The notes under the pieces: generated by a model
Seen by the model: only the letters and a program-made list of their open reading frames with translations
The model's database searches: none
Told to the model about the DNA's origin: nothing
Program-made: the position numbers and the translations under genes
NCBI GenBank assembly: GCA_977017645.1
Contig: OZ360227.1
Coordinates: 148,118,001 to 148,182,000 of the forward strand
DNA: 64,000 nucleotides
DNA from: Torpedo marmorata
Lineage: Eukaryota
Direction: 5' to 3'
Part shown: positions 23,582-36,159 of the stretch, one piece after another
How the letters are laid out: every line of letters starts with the position of its first letter
How positions within the stretch are numbered: the stretch's first letter is position 1

Positions 23582-24550
23582 TTCAAGTTTCAAGATTCCT
23601 TTATTGTCATGAAATAGTACAGAAAATGTAATATTACACAAAATTTCCTTCTGCCTGCCGTAAGGCAGACAGAGAGTTGCCTTTCCCCCCTCACTCTTTT
23701 GTTCGGACGCCTACCGGCATTTTCTCATATTTTGATGAAGGGCTCAAGCCCGAAACGTCGGTTATGTATTTCTACCTTTGCTACATAAAAGACACTGTTT
23801 GACCTGCTGAGTTTCTCCAGCATTTGTGTTTTTTACTTCAACCACGGTGTCCACAGATTTTCGTGTTTTACTAGAGAGTTGCCATTAGTATTGCCTGGCG
23901 CCCTTACAGTGAGAGAGAAAAAGAGTAGCAAAAAGAGAGTAACTTCAGAGACACTGAGTGTTCGTAGATTTGCCTCCAGCACTACTGCAGCCTCTGTAAC
24001 GCACAGACCACTGTTCAATCCATTGGCAAGGCAAGTTCCAGATCCAAACCTTGATCTTCGTCAGCCCTTCTTGCCCTCAGCATCCTCACAAATCTTGGAT
24101 CCGTGAGTCCCTTGACTGCAAGTCGCTGACTGCCTGCAGCCTGTGTGGGTCCTTCAGCCGCTGAGCCACTCTCTGGTTTGCTGCCATGGTCACCGTACTA
24201 TAGGGTTAGTCCCTCTGTTTCTTCTTCTCGCAGTTCTATAGGGTCATCTCCTCTGTTCTCCCCGTTTCTAGTGCCCTGTGCTGCTCCTCCGGAGTCTGCA
24301 ACTGCTCGTGGCCGCTGCTGAGCATAGGCACAGGCACCACTATCTTGGGCACAGACACCCAGGTTGCAGGATTTTAATTTAAAAAACACCGTTGGCTCCT
24401 TTAACAGGCCATTAAAAGTCTGTTCAGAGCTGCCAGCATTAAGACTGGGTGGTTGGACCCTGCGGAGCAGTGCTGTTCTCGCTCTCCACTCTCCCGGGTC
24501 CACACCAGTGGCAGTGCTGCCCGTAGCGCCACCATTTTTTTTAGTAGACT
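23582..24550 (-). mobile_element. GC-rich non-autonomous retroelement (same family as 2240-3014), interrupted by a Penelope terminus
   Basis: Shared blocks (cccaagat.g.gg.gcct, gcagactccgg, gtctgcc...gcaggca); TTGAA tail at 23582-23595. Confidence 0.65.
23682..23872 (+). mobile_element. 191-bp Penelope terminal fragment with hammerhead motif and 11-bp TSD
   Basis: TSD agagagttgcc at 23671-23681 and 23873-23883; near-identical to about 315-506. Confidence 0.88.
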
Positions 24551-25181
24551 TGAATGGACAGCTTCAGAAGTGATGGCAGATTGATGATGTATATATGTAT
24601 AATATGTAAATCAGACATTCGAGTATCGAACATGATGATGTTATCGTGTGTAAGAACTATATATATTGGTGTGACTTACTGTTTGTTTAAAATAAAGTCC
24701 ACACCTTTAGTTTTCAGAGGATTTAGTGCAAAATTGGTGAGACTTAAGAGATATACTCAAATGAGAAAACAGGAATGAAGAAACTTCACTGAAGAATTTT
24801 CACTTTAAACAACAAATAAAATAAACACATTAGTGACTGGGCCCTCTGAAGTTATAAACAAATTTGATAAGGGATACCATTGATGGACCAGCTATCCTAT
24901 TCAAGACCGTGATGCTTTTACATTGAAATTCAAGCAATCTCCTTAACCAATACCAAAACTATATCTGATACCCGATAAAAACTTACATTATGAGCATCCT
25001 ACAATTGACTATTAGCAAATTTGTTTTGGTTTGACATCTGCTCACAGTTAATGCAGGATAAAGCGATAAACATGAGAGACTCATTACAATAATCATTTTT
25101 ATCATATGCAAATAATTGTTGAACCACATGTTTACATCGTATAAATGTTCTTCTTTTGTCATGTGGAAAGGAAATCAATTG

Positions 25182-28100
25182 CCCTTTGTCACCAGCATTG
25201 TTTACTTTAGCGATAGAACCTTTGGCAGAATTAGTTAGACATATTGTTATATATATCAATGATCTAGATGATGGGATGGTAAACTGGATTAGTAAATATG
25301 CAGATGATACTAAAATAGGTGGAATAGTGGATAATGAAGAAGGTTTTCAAGGATTGCAGAGGGATTTGGGCTGCTTAGAAAAGTGGGCTGAAAAATGGCA
25401 GATGGAGTTTAATGCTGATAAGTGTGAGGTGCTTCATTTTGGTAAGAAGAATCAGAACAGGACATATGTAGTAAATGGGAGAGCATTGATGAATACAGAA
25501 GAGCAGAAAGATTTAGGAATAATGGTGCATCGTTCCCTGAAGGTGGAAACTCATGTGAATAGGGTGGTGAAGAAGGCTTTTAGTATGCTGGCCTTTATCA
25601 ATCATTGCATAGAATATAGGAGTTGGGAAGTGATGTTGAGATTATATAAGGCTTTGGTGCGGCCTAATTTAGAGTTCTGTGTGCAGTTCTGGTCGCCAAA
25701 TTATAGGAAGGATATCAACAAGGTGGAGAGAGTGCAGAGAAGGTTTACCAGAATGTTACCTGGGTTTAAGAATCTAGAGCACAAGGAGAGATTGAGCATA
25801 TTAGGTCTTTATTCTTTGGAGCGTAGAAGGTTGAGAGGGGATTTGATAGAGGTATTTAAAATTATGAAAGGGATAGACAGAGTGGATGAGGATAGACTAT
25901 TTCCATTAAGAATAGGAGAGATTGAAACAAGAGGACATGAGCTAAGAGTTAAGGGGCAGAGGTTTAGAGGTAACATGAGGGGGAACTTCTTTACTCAGAG
26001 AGTGGTAGCGGTGTGGAATGAGCTTCCGGGAGAAGTAGTGGCGGCAGAGTCAATTTTATTATTTAAGAAAAAGTTGGACAAGTATATGGATGAGAAGGAA
26101 GTGGAGGGTTATGGGCAGGGTGCAGGTAGGTGGGACTAGATAGGAATGTTTGGTTCGGTGCGGACTGGAAGGGCCTAATGGCCTGTTTCCGTGCTGTAAT
26201 TGTTATATGTTATGTATATAAGATGTTAAGATTGTAGGTATTAAAGTTGGAAGGGAAGAGCATAAAATTAGTTTATTTGCAGATGATGTATTGATATACA
26301 TGACAAAACCTATTACTTCTTTAGTACAATTGACTGCTTTATTGAGAGAATATGGGGAAATATCTGGTTATAAAATTAATTCTGATAAAAGTGAAATTAT
26401 GGCATTAATGCAAGGGGATTATAGTAAATGTAAAGAAATTACACAATTTAAATGGTCAAAAGAAGGAATTAAATATTTGGGAATAAAGATTGATACAAAA
26501 TTAGTTAATTTATATAAATTAAATTATTTACCATTGTTTATGAAAATTAAAAAAAGATTTAGAGAGTTGGAAGGATTTACCTATAACTTTAATGGGAAGG
26601 GTAAATTGTATTAAAATGAATGTTTTTCCAAGAATTCAATATCTCTTTCAATCAATTCCTTATGAAATTCCTCAAAAATGTTTTAAAGATCTAAACTCAA
26701 TTATTAGGAAGTTTTTGTGGAAAGGAAAGTTGGCTAGGGTAGGTATAGAGAAATTAACTTGGAACTATGAAATGGGTGGTTTACAACTTCCTAACTTTCA
26801 AAATTATTATAAAGCAGCTCAATTAAAATTTGTTAATGAACTTTTTGATTTAACTAAATATTCCGCCTTGATTAGAATAGAATTAAATAATATAGGAGAA
26901 GATTCCAAAGAAGAAGTTATTTATAAATGGAATTCTAAATTAATATCGACAAGAAGGAAAAACTCTCCTATCTTTAAACATTTGCTAGAAATATGGAACA
27001 GAGTGGATAAGGAAATAGGAGGAAAAGGATCGATTTCTCCAAAAATGCCTCTATATCAAAATGAACTTATTCTATTTACTGTTAATAATCAATTATTTAA
27101 AATTTGGTTTCAAAAAGGAATTAAGAAAATAAATGATTGTTTTGAAGCTGGTAAATTTATTTCTTTTCAAAGAATGAAAGATAAATTTAATATATTAGAT
27201 AATACACTTTTTGCTTATTACCAAATTAGAGCATTTTTGGTTGGGAAATTAGGTTATAGCTTGACTTTACCAAGACAGAATGAATTAGAATTATTAGTTA
27301 CTAAGGGAGATGTAAATAAATTTATTTCTCAAATGTATAGATTGTTTCAGAGAAAAATTCCTAAAGTAGGATCATAAATCAAGATTAAAGTGGGAATTAG
27401 ATTTGAATGTAACAATAGATGAAGATCATTGGAAAGAACTATGTAAACTAAGTATGACGAAGATTATTAATGTTAGATATAGACTAGTACAATATAATTT
27501 TTTTCATCAATTATATCTAACACCTAAAAAGTTAAAGAAATTCAATGCGACATTATCAGGTTTATGTTTTAGATGTAATAGAGAGGAAGGTTCTTTTGTA
27601 CATTCCACATGGTTTTGTCCAAAAGTTTATGATTTTTGGTTGAAAGTTAAAAAAATTTTAGACAAAGTATTAAAAATTACATTCCCAATGGACCCTATGA
27701 TATTTCTGTTTGGAGATATTAAAAAAGTTAGTATTAAGATGAAATTAAATATGTATCAAATATAATTTTTGCGAATTGCTTTAGCTGTTTCAAAGAAATG
27801 TATTGCTATTACTTGGAAATCTGATGTAGATTTAGGGTTAGAAAGATGGCCTGCAGAACTTCGTTCATGAATACCACTTGAAAAAATTACTTACAATTTA
27901 CGTAATAAATATCATTTCTTTTTGAAAATATGGAGCCCATATATGAAGGTTGTTGGTTTAAGGATTTGAAGATCTCTGGACATCGGATCTGACTGGCGAA
28001 CCTAACCTCCATAATAAAATTAGTTATAGATGTATTTTTTAGATTGACATGCTCCTTATTCTATCTTTTTCTTTCTTTTTTATTTTTATTTTAGTAGATT

Positions 28101-28233
28101 AGTAGGGACGGGAGGGTTAGGGAGGGGAGGGTGGGAGGGGGGGTGAAAATGTATCACAAGTATTTTGATAATTTTATATTTTACCTTATATATTTTGTGA
28201 TTTAAAATTTTAAATAAAATATTTTTTAAAAAA
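25182..28233 (+). mobile_element. L1-clade LINE, 5'-truncated ORF2 (RT to zinc knuckle) plus 3'UTR
   Basis: CPLSPALFTLAIEPLA...KISLFADDVLIY...SGYKINSDKS...GGLQLPNF...CFRC-x8-H-x4-C; AATAAA/A-rich end; 17-bp TSD ggaaaggaaatcaattg at 25165-25181 and 28234-28250. Confidence 0.93.
25242..26220 (+). mobile_element. Young CR1 LINE 3' fragment nested in the L1
   Basis: Uninterrupted ORF IYINDLD...KYADDTK...LERRRLRGDLIEVFK to 26139, then 3'UTR and (TTATA/G)n tail. Removing it rejoins L1 codons GTT AGA CA|A GAT GTT (VRQDV). Confidence 0.93.
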
Positions 28234-28963
28234 GGAAAGGAAATCAATTGGGTTTGAACAAGTGTACATTCGCTTTTGTCTTCTATTTGCTCGGTGACAT
28301 CTGTCAAAATTAAATGAATATCATATCCCAACGAAGCCTTATCTATCATTGTTAGATTAGGGTCATTTCAGACAAATTACTTGAAACAAAATGATTTTTT
28401 TTTTTTAAAAAGGCCTTATAATGGGAGTTTAAAAACAACCTAAGTGCAGACTGAGATTCAATATTGCTGTTGGGTCTTCTTTATATTCCTCTCTCAAAAC
28501 GTCATAATGACATTTTAATACATTTTCGATATGGGATGACAACTGCAAAATGCCTTAGAGCTGACTGACTTACAACGGCAATTGTATTCGTCTGAGCCTC
28601 TGTTCAGGTTTAATTCTATCAATCAATAGGATTTAATCAGATAATTACAAATCAATTAGTGCAGATCAGAACTCCACATTAATTTATTACCTTGTCACTA
28701 AAAGTAGAAATAAACACAATCAGTTTGAGCTCAAGGCAACCAGTCAGAATGCCAAATTGTAAACCAATTGATTTAACTCTTGTCATATATAGGAGGTGCA
28801 ATTGTCAATTCTTAGTTGCTTCAACATCCTAAAATCTCCAGACAAGGCATTAACCTATTTATCCGAAAAGTGCCCTCAAGTTGATATAAAAACCAATGTA
28901 TCGTAGTGAAAAAAAACTATCTTGAACAACAGCAACAGCAAAGCATGGTTTTAAAATACTCAC

Positions 28964-29040
28964 TCCCTCTGGTATTTTCAGTTTTGCTGCTCTTGGGAGC
29001 TGGTCTTTCACATTGTGTACCAGACCATTCATCTGAACAC
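28964..29040 (-). CDS. LRP1B: LRP1B juxtamembrane exon (77 bp): KCSDEWSGTQCERPAPKSSKTENTRG
   Basis: tttcag|GTGTTC...GAGGGA|gtgagt; phase 2-1; 'WSGTQCERPAPKSSK' is diagnostic of LRP1B rather than LRP1. Confidence 0.96.
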
Positions 29041-29345
29041 CTGAAATGAACAAATTCATAATCTAAAATTAATGTACTCCAATTATGATAGCCTCCAAAA
29101 GACAGCACCAGCAGGTAAAAGTACACAGCACTTAGCAACATGCATTGAGAATCCAAAGACAAACGGGTTTAAAAAAAGTTATGCTTTGAGGAGATGATTA
29201 AATCTGATGTAGACCCATCATCATGCCATGCATAAAAGAAATAGTTTACAATGCTATTCAAAAACGCCATGAAAGCACAAAGATTCTGCAGGAATTCGAC
29301 ATTTTACAGCAAAGTACAATTTTTAGCAATAACGTCAAAACCTAC

Positions 29346-29459
29346 TTGCACTGAGGTTCATTAAGTGCAGTTAAAGTGCAAACCCCTCCATTTTGGCAGT
29401 AGTAATCACAAAGGTTAATTTTCTGGTCACATCGATCACTTTTAAACCCCACTGTGCAT
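29346..29459 (-). CDS. LRP1B: Additional in-frame EGF-like exon (114 bp): [38 protein letters not shown]
   Basis: ctgcag|ATGCAC...GTGCAA|gtaggt; symmetric phase 2-2; no stops; Cys spacing adds exactly one EGF unit between the flanking exons. Confidence 0.88.
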
Positions 29460-30544
29460 CTGCAGAGTTACAGAATATAAGTGGTATTAAAATCTAGAAT
29501 TTTACTAATAATGTAGGTTGATTGACATTTTTAACAACTGCGCCAGTTTATCTTAAGAACAAAGATAATGATGTCACAAGCAGCAGCTTTGCTCAGTCGA
29601 ATAAGCGTAATTAATTGAAGGCCCTTGATAAAGCAGCAAAACATTAATTGGCCTCAGAGGGAAATCACTTTGGAGCTACAGCAACCACATTTCATGTTAT
29701 TATTTCATGATGATATGGTTAGTGTATATTTAGATTATGTTTATTTAAATGTCATGGCTATTTGTATAAATAATTAGAATTTTTCTGCAAGTTGTTGCAA
29801 CTGGAGTCTCAAGTCAGAGAAAACAACAAATAGCCAGGATTCCCAAGCCTGTTAACTGCTCTTTTCCAGAATGTGTGCCTCCTTAAACATGATATAGTGG
29901 AAGAGTGTGGATGTTATTCAGCACATTGTCACTCCCATATCTTTCATATAAAAAGCGCCACTTGTAAAGTGTTCTAGAGCACTACCAATGCCTACACCTG
30001 TAGAATTCTCCCATTTCAGATAATTATGGTGCTTCTCCTAATTCACTAAATTTTGATTCCATTGATTCTATGGAATTGAATTTTGGAAGCAAAGTATAAA
30101 AATAGACAGGTTGTTACTATTAAGCAACACCACATCCAAGTGGAGGGGGTACTGTAAGTTGAGGTGGAGTCAGTATGTGGAGGGTTAGAAATGCTCTTGT
30201 ATATTAAATATTTGTGTACTAACTGTTCCCCTCCAAATATGATCAAATTTCAATTTGTGTGTGGGCCGTTGATGTAACAAGTTTCGTGCCTGAGATCGAA
30301 ACAACCTTTAAATATCACATCTTCAAAAGATGAGGCATAAGGAAGAAAAATCTGTAAATGGATATCTAAAATAAATTAACTTTGTGAAACAAATTAAAGC
30401 TGTTTTGAAGTTATTTTGGATTCTATTACTACATTATTTGCAACTTGAGCAATGTAAAATAAATTATTCAAGTAATTATTAGATATTTGTCACAAGCCTA
30501 TACACCTTATGGACATGCAAAGTCCAGCAGAGATGAACAAATAA

Positions 30545-32125
30545 ACACTAGTAACAGGTGAGATCCTGGAGTAATGGAGAGCAACCAATGTTTTTCCTTT
30601 GTTCAAGAAGGGAAGAGAGATAATCCAGGAAATTATAGAGTATTATCAGTGGTAAGGAAACTATTGGAGAGGATACATAGGATAGGATTTATGCACATTT
30701 GGAAAGGTATGATCAGATAATTGACAGTCAACAGAACTTTGTTGGGGCATGTCATGCCATACAAATTTGATTGAGATTTGTGCAGTGAAAAAGGTGGTTG
30801 GTGAGAGTAGGTGACTGGATGTTGCCTGCATGGACCTAAGGAAGGCACCTAACAACATTCTTTATGGTAGGCTAATCATGAAGATAAAAATGCACAGGAT
30901 GCACTGTGCATTGATAGTTTAGATCCGGAATTGGCTGACCCATAGAAGACAGAGGTGGCTAGAGGTGCGTGACCAGTGGTATTTTGCAGGGATCTGTGTT
31001 GGTACCCTTGTTGTTAGTTATATATACACACAAATGATGGATGAAGAAGTAGGTGGGTGGGTTAGTAAGTTTGTAGATGACACAAATTGGTGGAGTTGTG
31101 GACAGTGTAGAGGGCTATCAAAGAATGCAACAGGATATAGACCAGTTATAAATAGGGGTAGATAAATGGCAGATAGATTAATCAAGTCAAGTGCGAGGTG
31201 TTGCATTTTGAGAGGTCAAATGTAAGGGGAATTTATTACAGTGAATGGTAGGACTCTTTTAACAGTATTGATGCACAAGGGGATCTGGGAATCAATGTCC
31301 ATTTCTCCCTGAGAGTGGTCATGCGAGAAGATAAGGTGATAAAGAAGATATAATGCATGCTTACTTTCACTGGTTGAGGAATTGAGTATAAAAGTGAGTA
31401 AGTCATATTGCAGTTAAATAAAACTTTGGTTAGGCTGCACTTGGAGTATTGTGTGAAGTTCTGGTTGCCCCATTACAAGAAGGACGTGGAGGCTTTGGAA
31501 AGAGCACAGAAGGGGTTTACTAGAATGTTGTTGGGATTTGAATGTGTGAGCAAAAAAAGAGAGGTTAGACCAGTGGTTCTCAATCTTTTTTTTCCACTCA
31601 CATTCCACCTTAAGTAATCCCTTACTAACCATAGAGCACCTTTGCCATAGGTGCTCTGTGGTTAGTAAGGGATTACTTAAGGTGATATGTGAGTGGGAAA
31701 AAAAAGGTTGAGAACCACTGGGTTAGACAAATTTCAAATTTGGGTTGTTTTCTCTGGAGCATCAAAGACTGAGAGGTGACCTGGATAAAAATTTATAAAA
31801 TTATGAGAGGCCTTGACAGGGTAGAGAGTCAGGATTATTTTCCCAGGGTAACAATGTCACAAACAAGAGGACATTCATTTCAGGTGAGGAGAGGGGAAGT
31901 TTAAAGGATATGTGTGGGGCAAGTTTTCTTATACACAGAGAGTGAAAGGTGTCAGAATCGGGATGTTCGGGGTAGTGGTGGAAGCGAGATAGACAAATGA
32001 ATATGCAGGGAATAGACAGATATATATCATGCGCAATCAGTGGAGTGTTTGTTTAATTTGACATCATGTTTGGTGTGGACACAATGGGCCAAAGGGCTGT
32101 TCCTCTGTTGTACTGTTCTACATTT
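30545..32125 (+). mobile_element. Old degraded CR1 LINE
   Basis: Remnants VSKFVDDT, LVRLHLEYCVKFW; CR1 3'UTR near 32060-32120. Confidence 0.85.
31571..31720. mobile_element. 150-bp fully palindromic hAT MITE
   Basis: Ends cagtggttctcaa / ttgagaaccactg; exact 8-bp TSD ggttagac (31563-31570, 31721-31728); arms pair to a centre near 31645. Confidence 0.93.
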
Positions 32126-32681
32126 TATGTAAGTGCTGCAAATCTGAAATTAAAACATAAAAAGTTGGAAATAGCAGCTCAGGCGGCATCAGTGGCATGA
32201 GGAATGCGGTAAATGTCTCAGGTTGATGAAAGATTCTCAGTCATTGATCTGAAACCTTCATTCTTTTGCTTTCTCCCAACATAATGCCTGACCTGCCGAG
32301 CATTTCAGCATTTTATTGTTTATATCTCTAATCCAAGGAGATTTCTGCTGTTTGAGATCAGAAATTATACATACATTTACAATTTGTTATAAAAACCAAT
32401 AGTGGAAAATTTTGATGTGGAGATATGGTTGCTGAATGATTCTTTTCTCCTCTCTCACTCTTCCAATCTCTTTCATAAAATTAACTTTTAATCCACCCGT
32501 GGTTAATTTTGCAGCATTTCAAACGATTTACTGACTCTCCACTGTTCTATCCTTTCAGTTGTCTCCACTGCTAATGAGGTGGACACCGGGGGTTGGGTGG
32601 TGGGGAGCAGGCAGATATTAAGAAAAGGAATCCCGTAACCAAATTTATAACCAATGGGTCATAGATAATGCTTTGGAAATA

Positions 32682-33406
32682 CAGTAAAACTCCTGGGATT
32701 CAGCACCAATGGGGATTGATAGATGCCAGATAAGTGTATTTTTCGATTGCTTGAGACTTACTCTTACAATGCCTAACTAATAAACCTGCATTAAGAATAA
32801 ACAGTTTAAAATACAAAAAAATACTATACTGTACTTACACTGAACAAAGTTTACTTGCATGAATATATAAACCTTAAAGCATTTTACTTTATTTTCAATC
32901 ACATTCTTTAAAAACATTTAACTGTCGCTGCATCTGCAGGTTCCTCCCCCTCTAGGGAGCCGCCCGAAAGACAAATAATAACATTATAGATAATTAACCC
33001 ACCCACTCCTCCCCAAGTTTACAGATAAAGCCTCCGACCAGGGCGCACTCTTACTAAGCAGGGATAAGTAGATCTTTAAGAGAGTCACCCCAACGGCGAG
33101 CGGCATCAACCAGCTCTTCATCCTGGGCGACGCCATTGCTGTTTCACACAACTTTATTCAAACAGTTGCTACAAGAAAAGTATGACCAAGGCATTCCACT
33201 GGCTGAATATTTGCTCCCATCTTCACCAAAGGTTTATGTGTTACTTCAGAGGACATTTACATTTTACAATTTTAAACATGTTTTTTTTTTAACCTTTTAT
33301 TTTATTCTTATTTATTTTAATTTTTAAAAAAATATTTTCCTCTGTTTTTTTGCCATTTACTTGAGGCTGCTGGTTGCTTGAATTTCGGATACCAGGGGTT
33401 TTACTG
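32682..33406. mobile_element. Non-autonomous Tigger/pogo-type DNA transposon
   Basis: TIRs cagtaaaactcctgggattc / ggataccaggggttttactg with TA on both sides. End fragments of the same family lie near 36845-36866 and 52600-52668. Confidence 0.82.
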
Positions 33407-34699
33407 TAGTCGTATTTGCAAGTAAAATCCTGATCCTCTATAATTCCTCAAGCTTTTTAACCTTGCAGATATGTAAAGGGCACAAAAAACAAAACCTAAA
33501 GATGTGGAATATTTTGTTCATATCCTCTTGCTGTTATATTGTCAAATGCTCCTTTGCAACTCATCAAAACCAAAACAATCAATATCATAATTGTTTCATT
33601 TAATATTTTCCAATTTCACATGAATGAAAGACCTTGCATTTACTTGTATAGCACCTTTTATGATCTCTTTACATCCCATAGCATTTTATCGAAATCTAAG
33701 TACTAATTGAAGTTGTGAAGAAGGAAAACAACAGCTCATTTTACACAGAATTAGTTCCCACAAAGAAGAACTTGAAGATAATAGGCAAGAAATTTCTTCT
33801 TGTTAAGCAGCATTCTAGTAAGCGGCATGAAAGAATTAAACGTAAAACACAATTGTGTACATAATGCCCAGGCAGTACAGAGTTGAGGACTTCTGGGTCT
33901 CCTATACATATGGAGAATTGAGACCTACAGTGATGTTAGTTGAAGGGGTACTGATCTGCTGCCAAGGAATTGAGTTGGCAGTGGCAGAAGGGCCCCTGAT
34001 GATTTTTCAAAGTATCCCTGCACTGCCTTGCCCATCCTAAACCAGTGGTTTAATTTATGCCACTCACAACTAAATTGAAAACCAGTATTGTACCTGTGGC
34101 TGTTTGATAAGTTTCAAGCTTAATCTGTGAAGAGGTGGAAGTTTCTGAAAATTAATAAAGCAACTGCAGAAACATTGGATAATTCCTGAAAACAGCAAAG
34201 GGATCACATTGCAAATGGCTGTAAATTGAAATACAGGCAGGATATCAACTTCATGCTGTCTGTAAATGATCAGCAATGAAAGACGTCAGCAGCTGGAAAA
34301 ATACGTTACTTGATGGTACATGATACGCTAACACACGTTCATTGTGATGGCAGGCTCAAGAAATTTCAGAAGCTGAAATCCAGGGCAAAAAACAATCTGC
34401 TGGAGGAACTCAGCAGGTCAAGCAAACCTGAAGATGGGGGTGGGATGGAGGAATTGTCGACAATTTGGGTCAAGGTTTTGAATCACAACCAAGAGTGGAG
34501 AAGGAAAATAACCATTGTGATGGCTATTCCTACTAAATTCAATTGCCCTTGTCTCAATTATGCCTTTCCCTCATATAGAGGATAAGGTTATGGGCTGAGA
34601 GCTAGAAAATAGCATCAGTAAAGATAGGTGTAGATGGACATGGGGCTGAAGTGCCTGATTCTGTGCAGAAAGGTTCTATGACTCATATTCAATGTTGTC

Positions 34700-34962
34700 A
34701 TGGGCTGCTACCATTAGGAAAGAGGTATAGGTGCCACAAGACTCACAATGCCAGGTTCAGGAACAGATGCTACCCCTCCACCATCATCTCCTCAACAACA
34801 AACTCAATCAGGGACCCATTTAAGGACTTTTACTTTTGTACTTTATTGATTTTTTTCTCTCTGTATTGCACAGCTTGTTTACATTTCTTTATTTGTTTAC
34901 ATGTGTACATTGAGTACAGTTTTTTTTGCACCACCATGGTCATTCAGGGTTGTATGTGACGT
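34700..34962 (+). mobile_element. Rex1/Babar-type LINE 3' end
   Basis: LLPLGKRYRCHKTH...RFRNRCYP; 3'UTR like 6590-6780. Confidence 0.8.
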
Positions 34963-34964
34963 AT

Positions 34965-35600
34965 TCAGAAGTAAAACACGAAAATCTGTAGACACCGTGG
35001 TTGAAGTAAAAAACACAAATGCTGGAGAAACTCAGCAGGTCAAACAGTGTCTTTTATGTAGCAAAGGTAGAAATACATAACCGACGTTTCGGGCTTGAGC
35101 CCTTCATCAAAATATGAGAAAATGCCGGCGGGCGTCCGAACAAAAGAGTGAGGGGGGAAGGGTGGGGGGGGTGGCAAAGGCAAGAGATGATAGGTGGAGA
35201 AAGGAGGGAGGGGACAGCAGCAAAGAGGGGGAGGAGGGAAAGCTGGGTGGGTGGAGAAAACAGGAAGGACAGGAGAGGGGGGAGGGGATGGAAACAACAA
35301 GCAGCTTTAGTGAAAAGCAGAAAAGTCAATGTTAATGCCATCTGGCTGGAGAGTGCCTAGACGGAAAATGAGATGTTGTTCCTCCAACTTGCGGGTAGTC
35401 TGGGTGGGATAGTACATAAGGCAATGGACAGACATGTGAGTGTAGGAGTGTGACCCGAAATTGAAATGGTTGGCTACTGGGAGGTCGCTGTTGTTGCGGA
35501 CGGAGAGGAGGTGTTCAGCAAAGCGATCTCCCAATCTACGACCGGTCTCTCCGATGTAAAGAAAGCCACAAAGGGAGCACCGGATGCAGGAGAGTTGCAT
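34965..35600 (-). mobile_element. Young Penelope-like element 3' part with intact GIY-YIG segment
   Basis: CIRCSLCGFLYIGETGRRLGDRFAEHL...KLEEQHLIFRLGTLQPDGINIDFS; hammerhead motif at 35076-35116. Confidence 0.9.
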
Positions 35601-36159
35601 TACAACTGCAAATTCTTTTTTTAAGAGCACTACATGAAAACCAATAATTGCAAAGAGAATCACAAAGTTTAAACTGGAATGGTGACAGCCCAAAGCACAC
35701 AGAAATATCATAAAGTAATGAAAGGAAAAAAATAAATTGCAACCAACGTGTAATTTAGAAAGCATTGGCAGTGAGTTCCAACATCTACAAAATGTTAAGA
35801 TAAAAGCCAAAAATATACAACAATCCTTTGCTGTACAAGTAATACTTTGTGCACTTTAAATACAAAAATGCATTTAATTTGAAAATTGAAGTCTCTCCTG
35901 TCCATGAGTAAAATATTTTCATTTGGATTTATTTCAGAGACAGTTCCAAATTCAATTAAAATCTTTGTTCGTGAGTATTTTCTATATATTATCAAATCAG
36001 AGAAAATAGAACCTTGGCACAAGATACAAGGGGCATTTGAGGATTCCACTTCAAGGGAAATTATGCTCTGTAAAGTGGTGAGAATTGAATAAATCATTGT
36101 TTTCAGGAGGGAATTGGAAATAACCTTGGCTTGTCAACTATGTTCATGCAAACAGTCAG

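Noticed and set aside
25156-26139. 327-aa ORF as a host or functional RT gene
   Set aside because: It is a junction of two truncated LINEs, starts at TTG in flanking DNA and lacks the N-terminal RT motifs.
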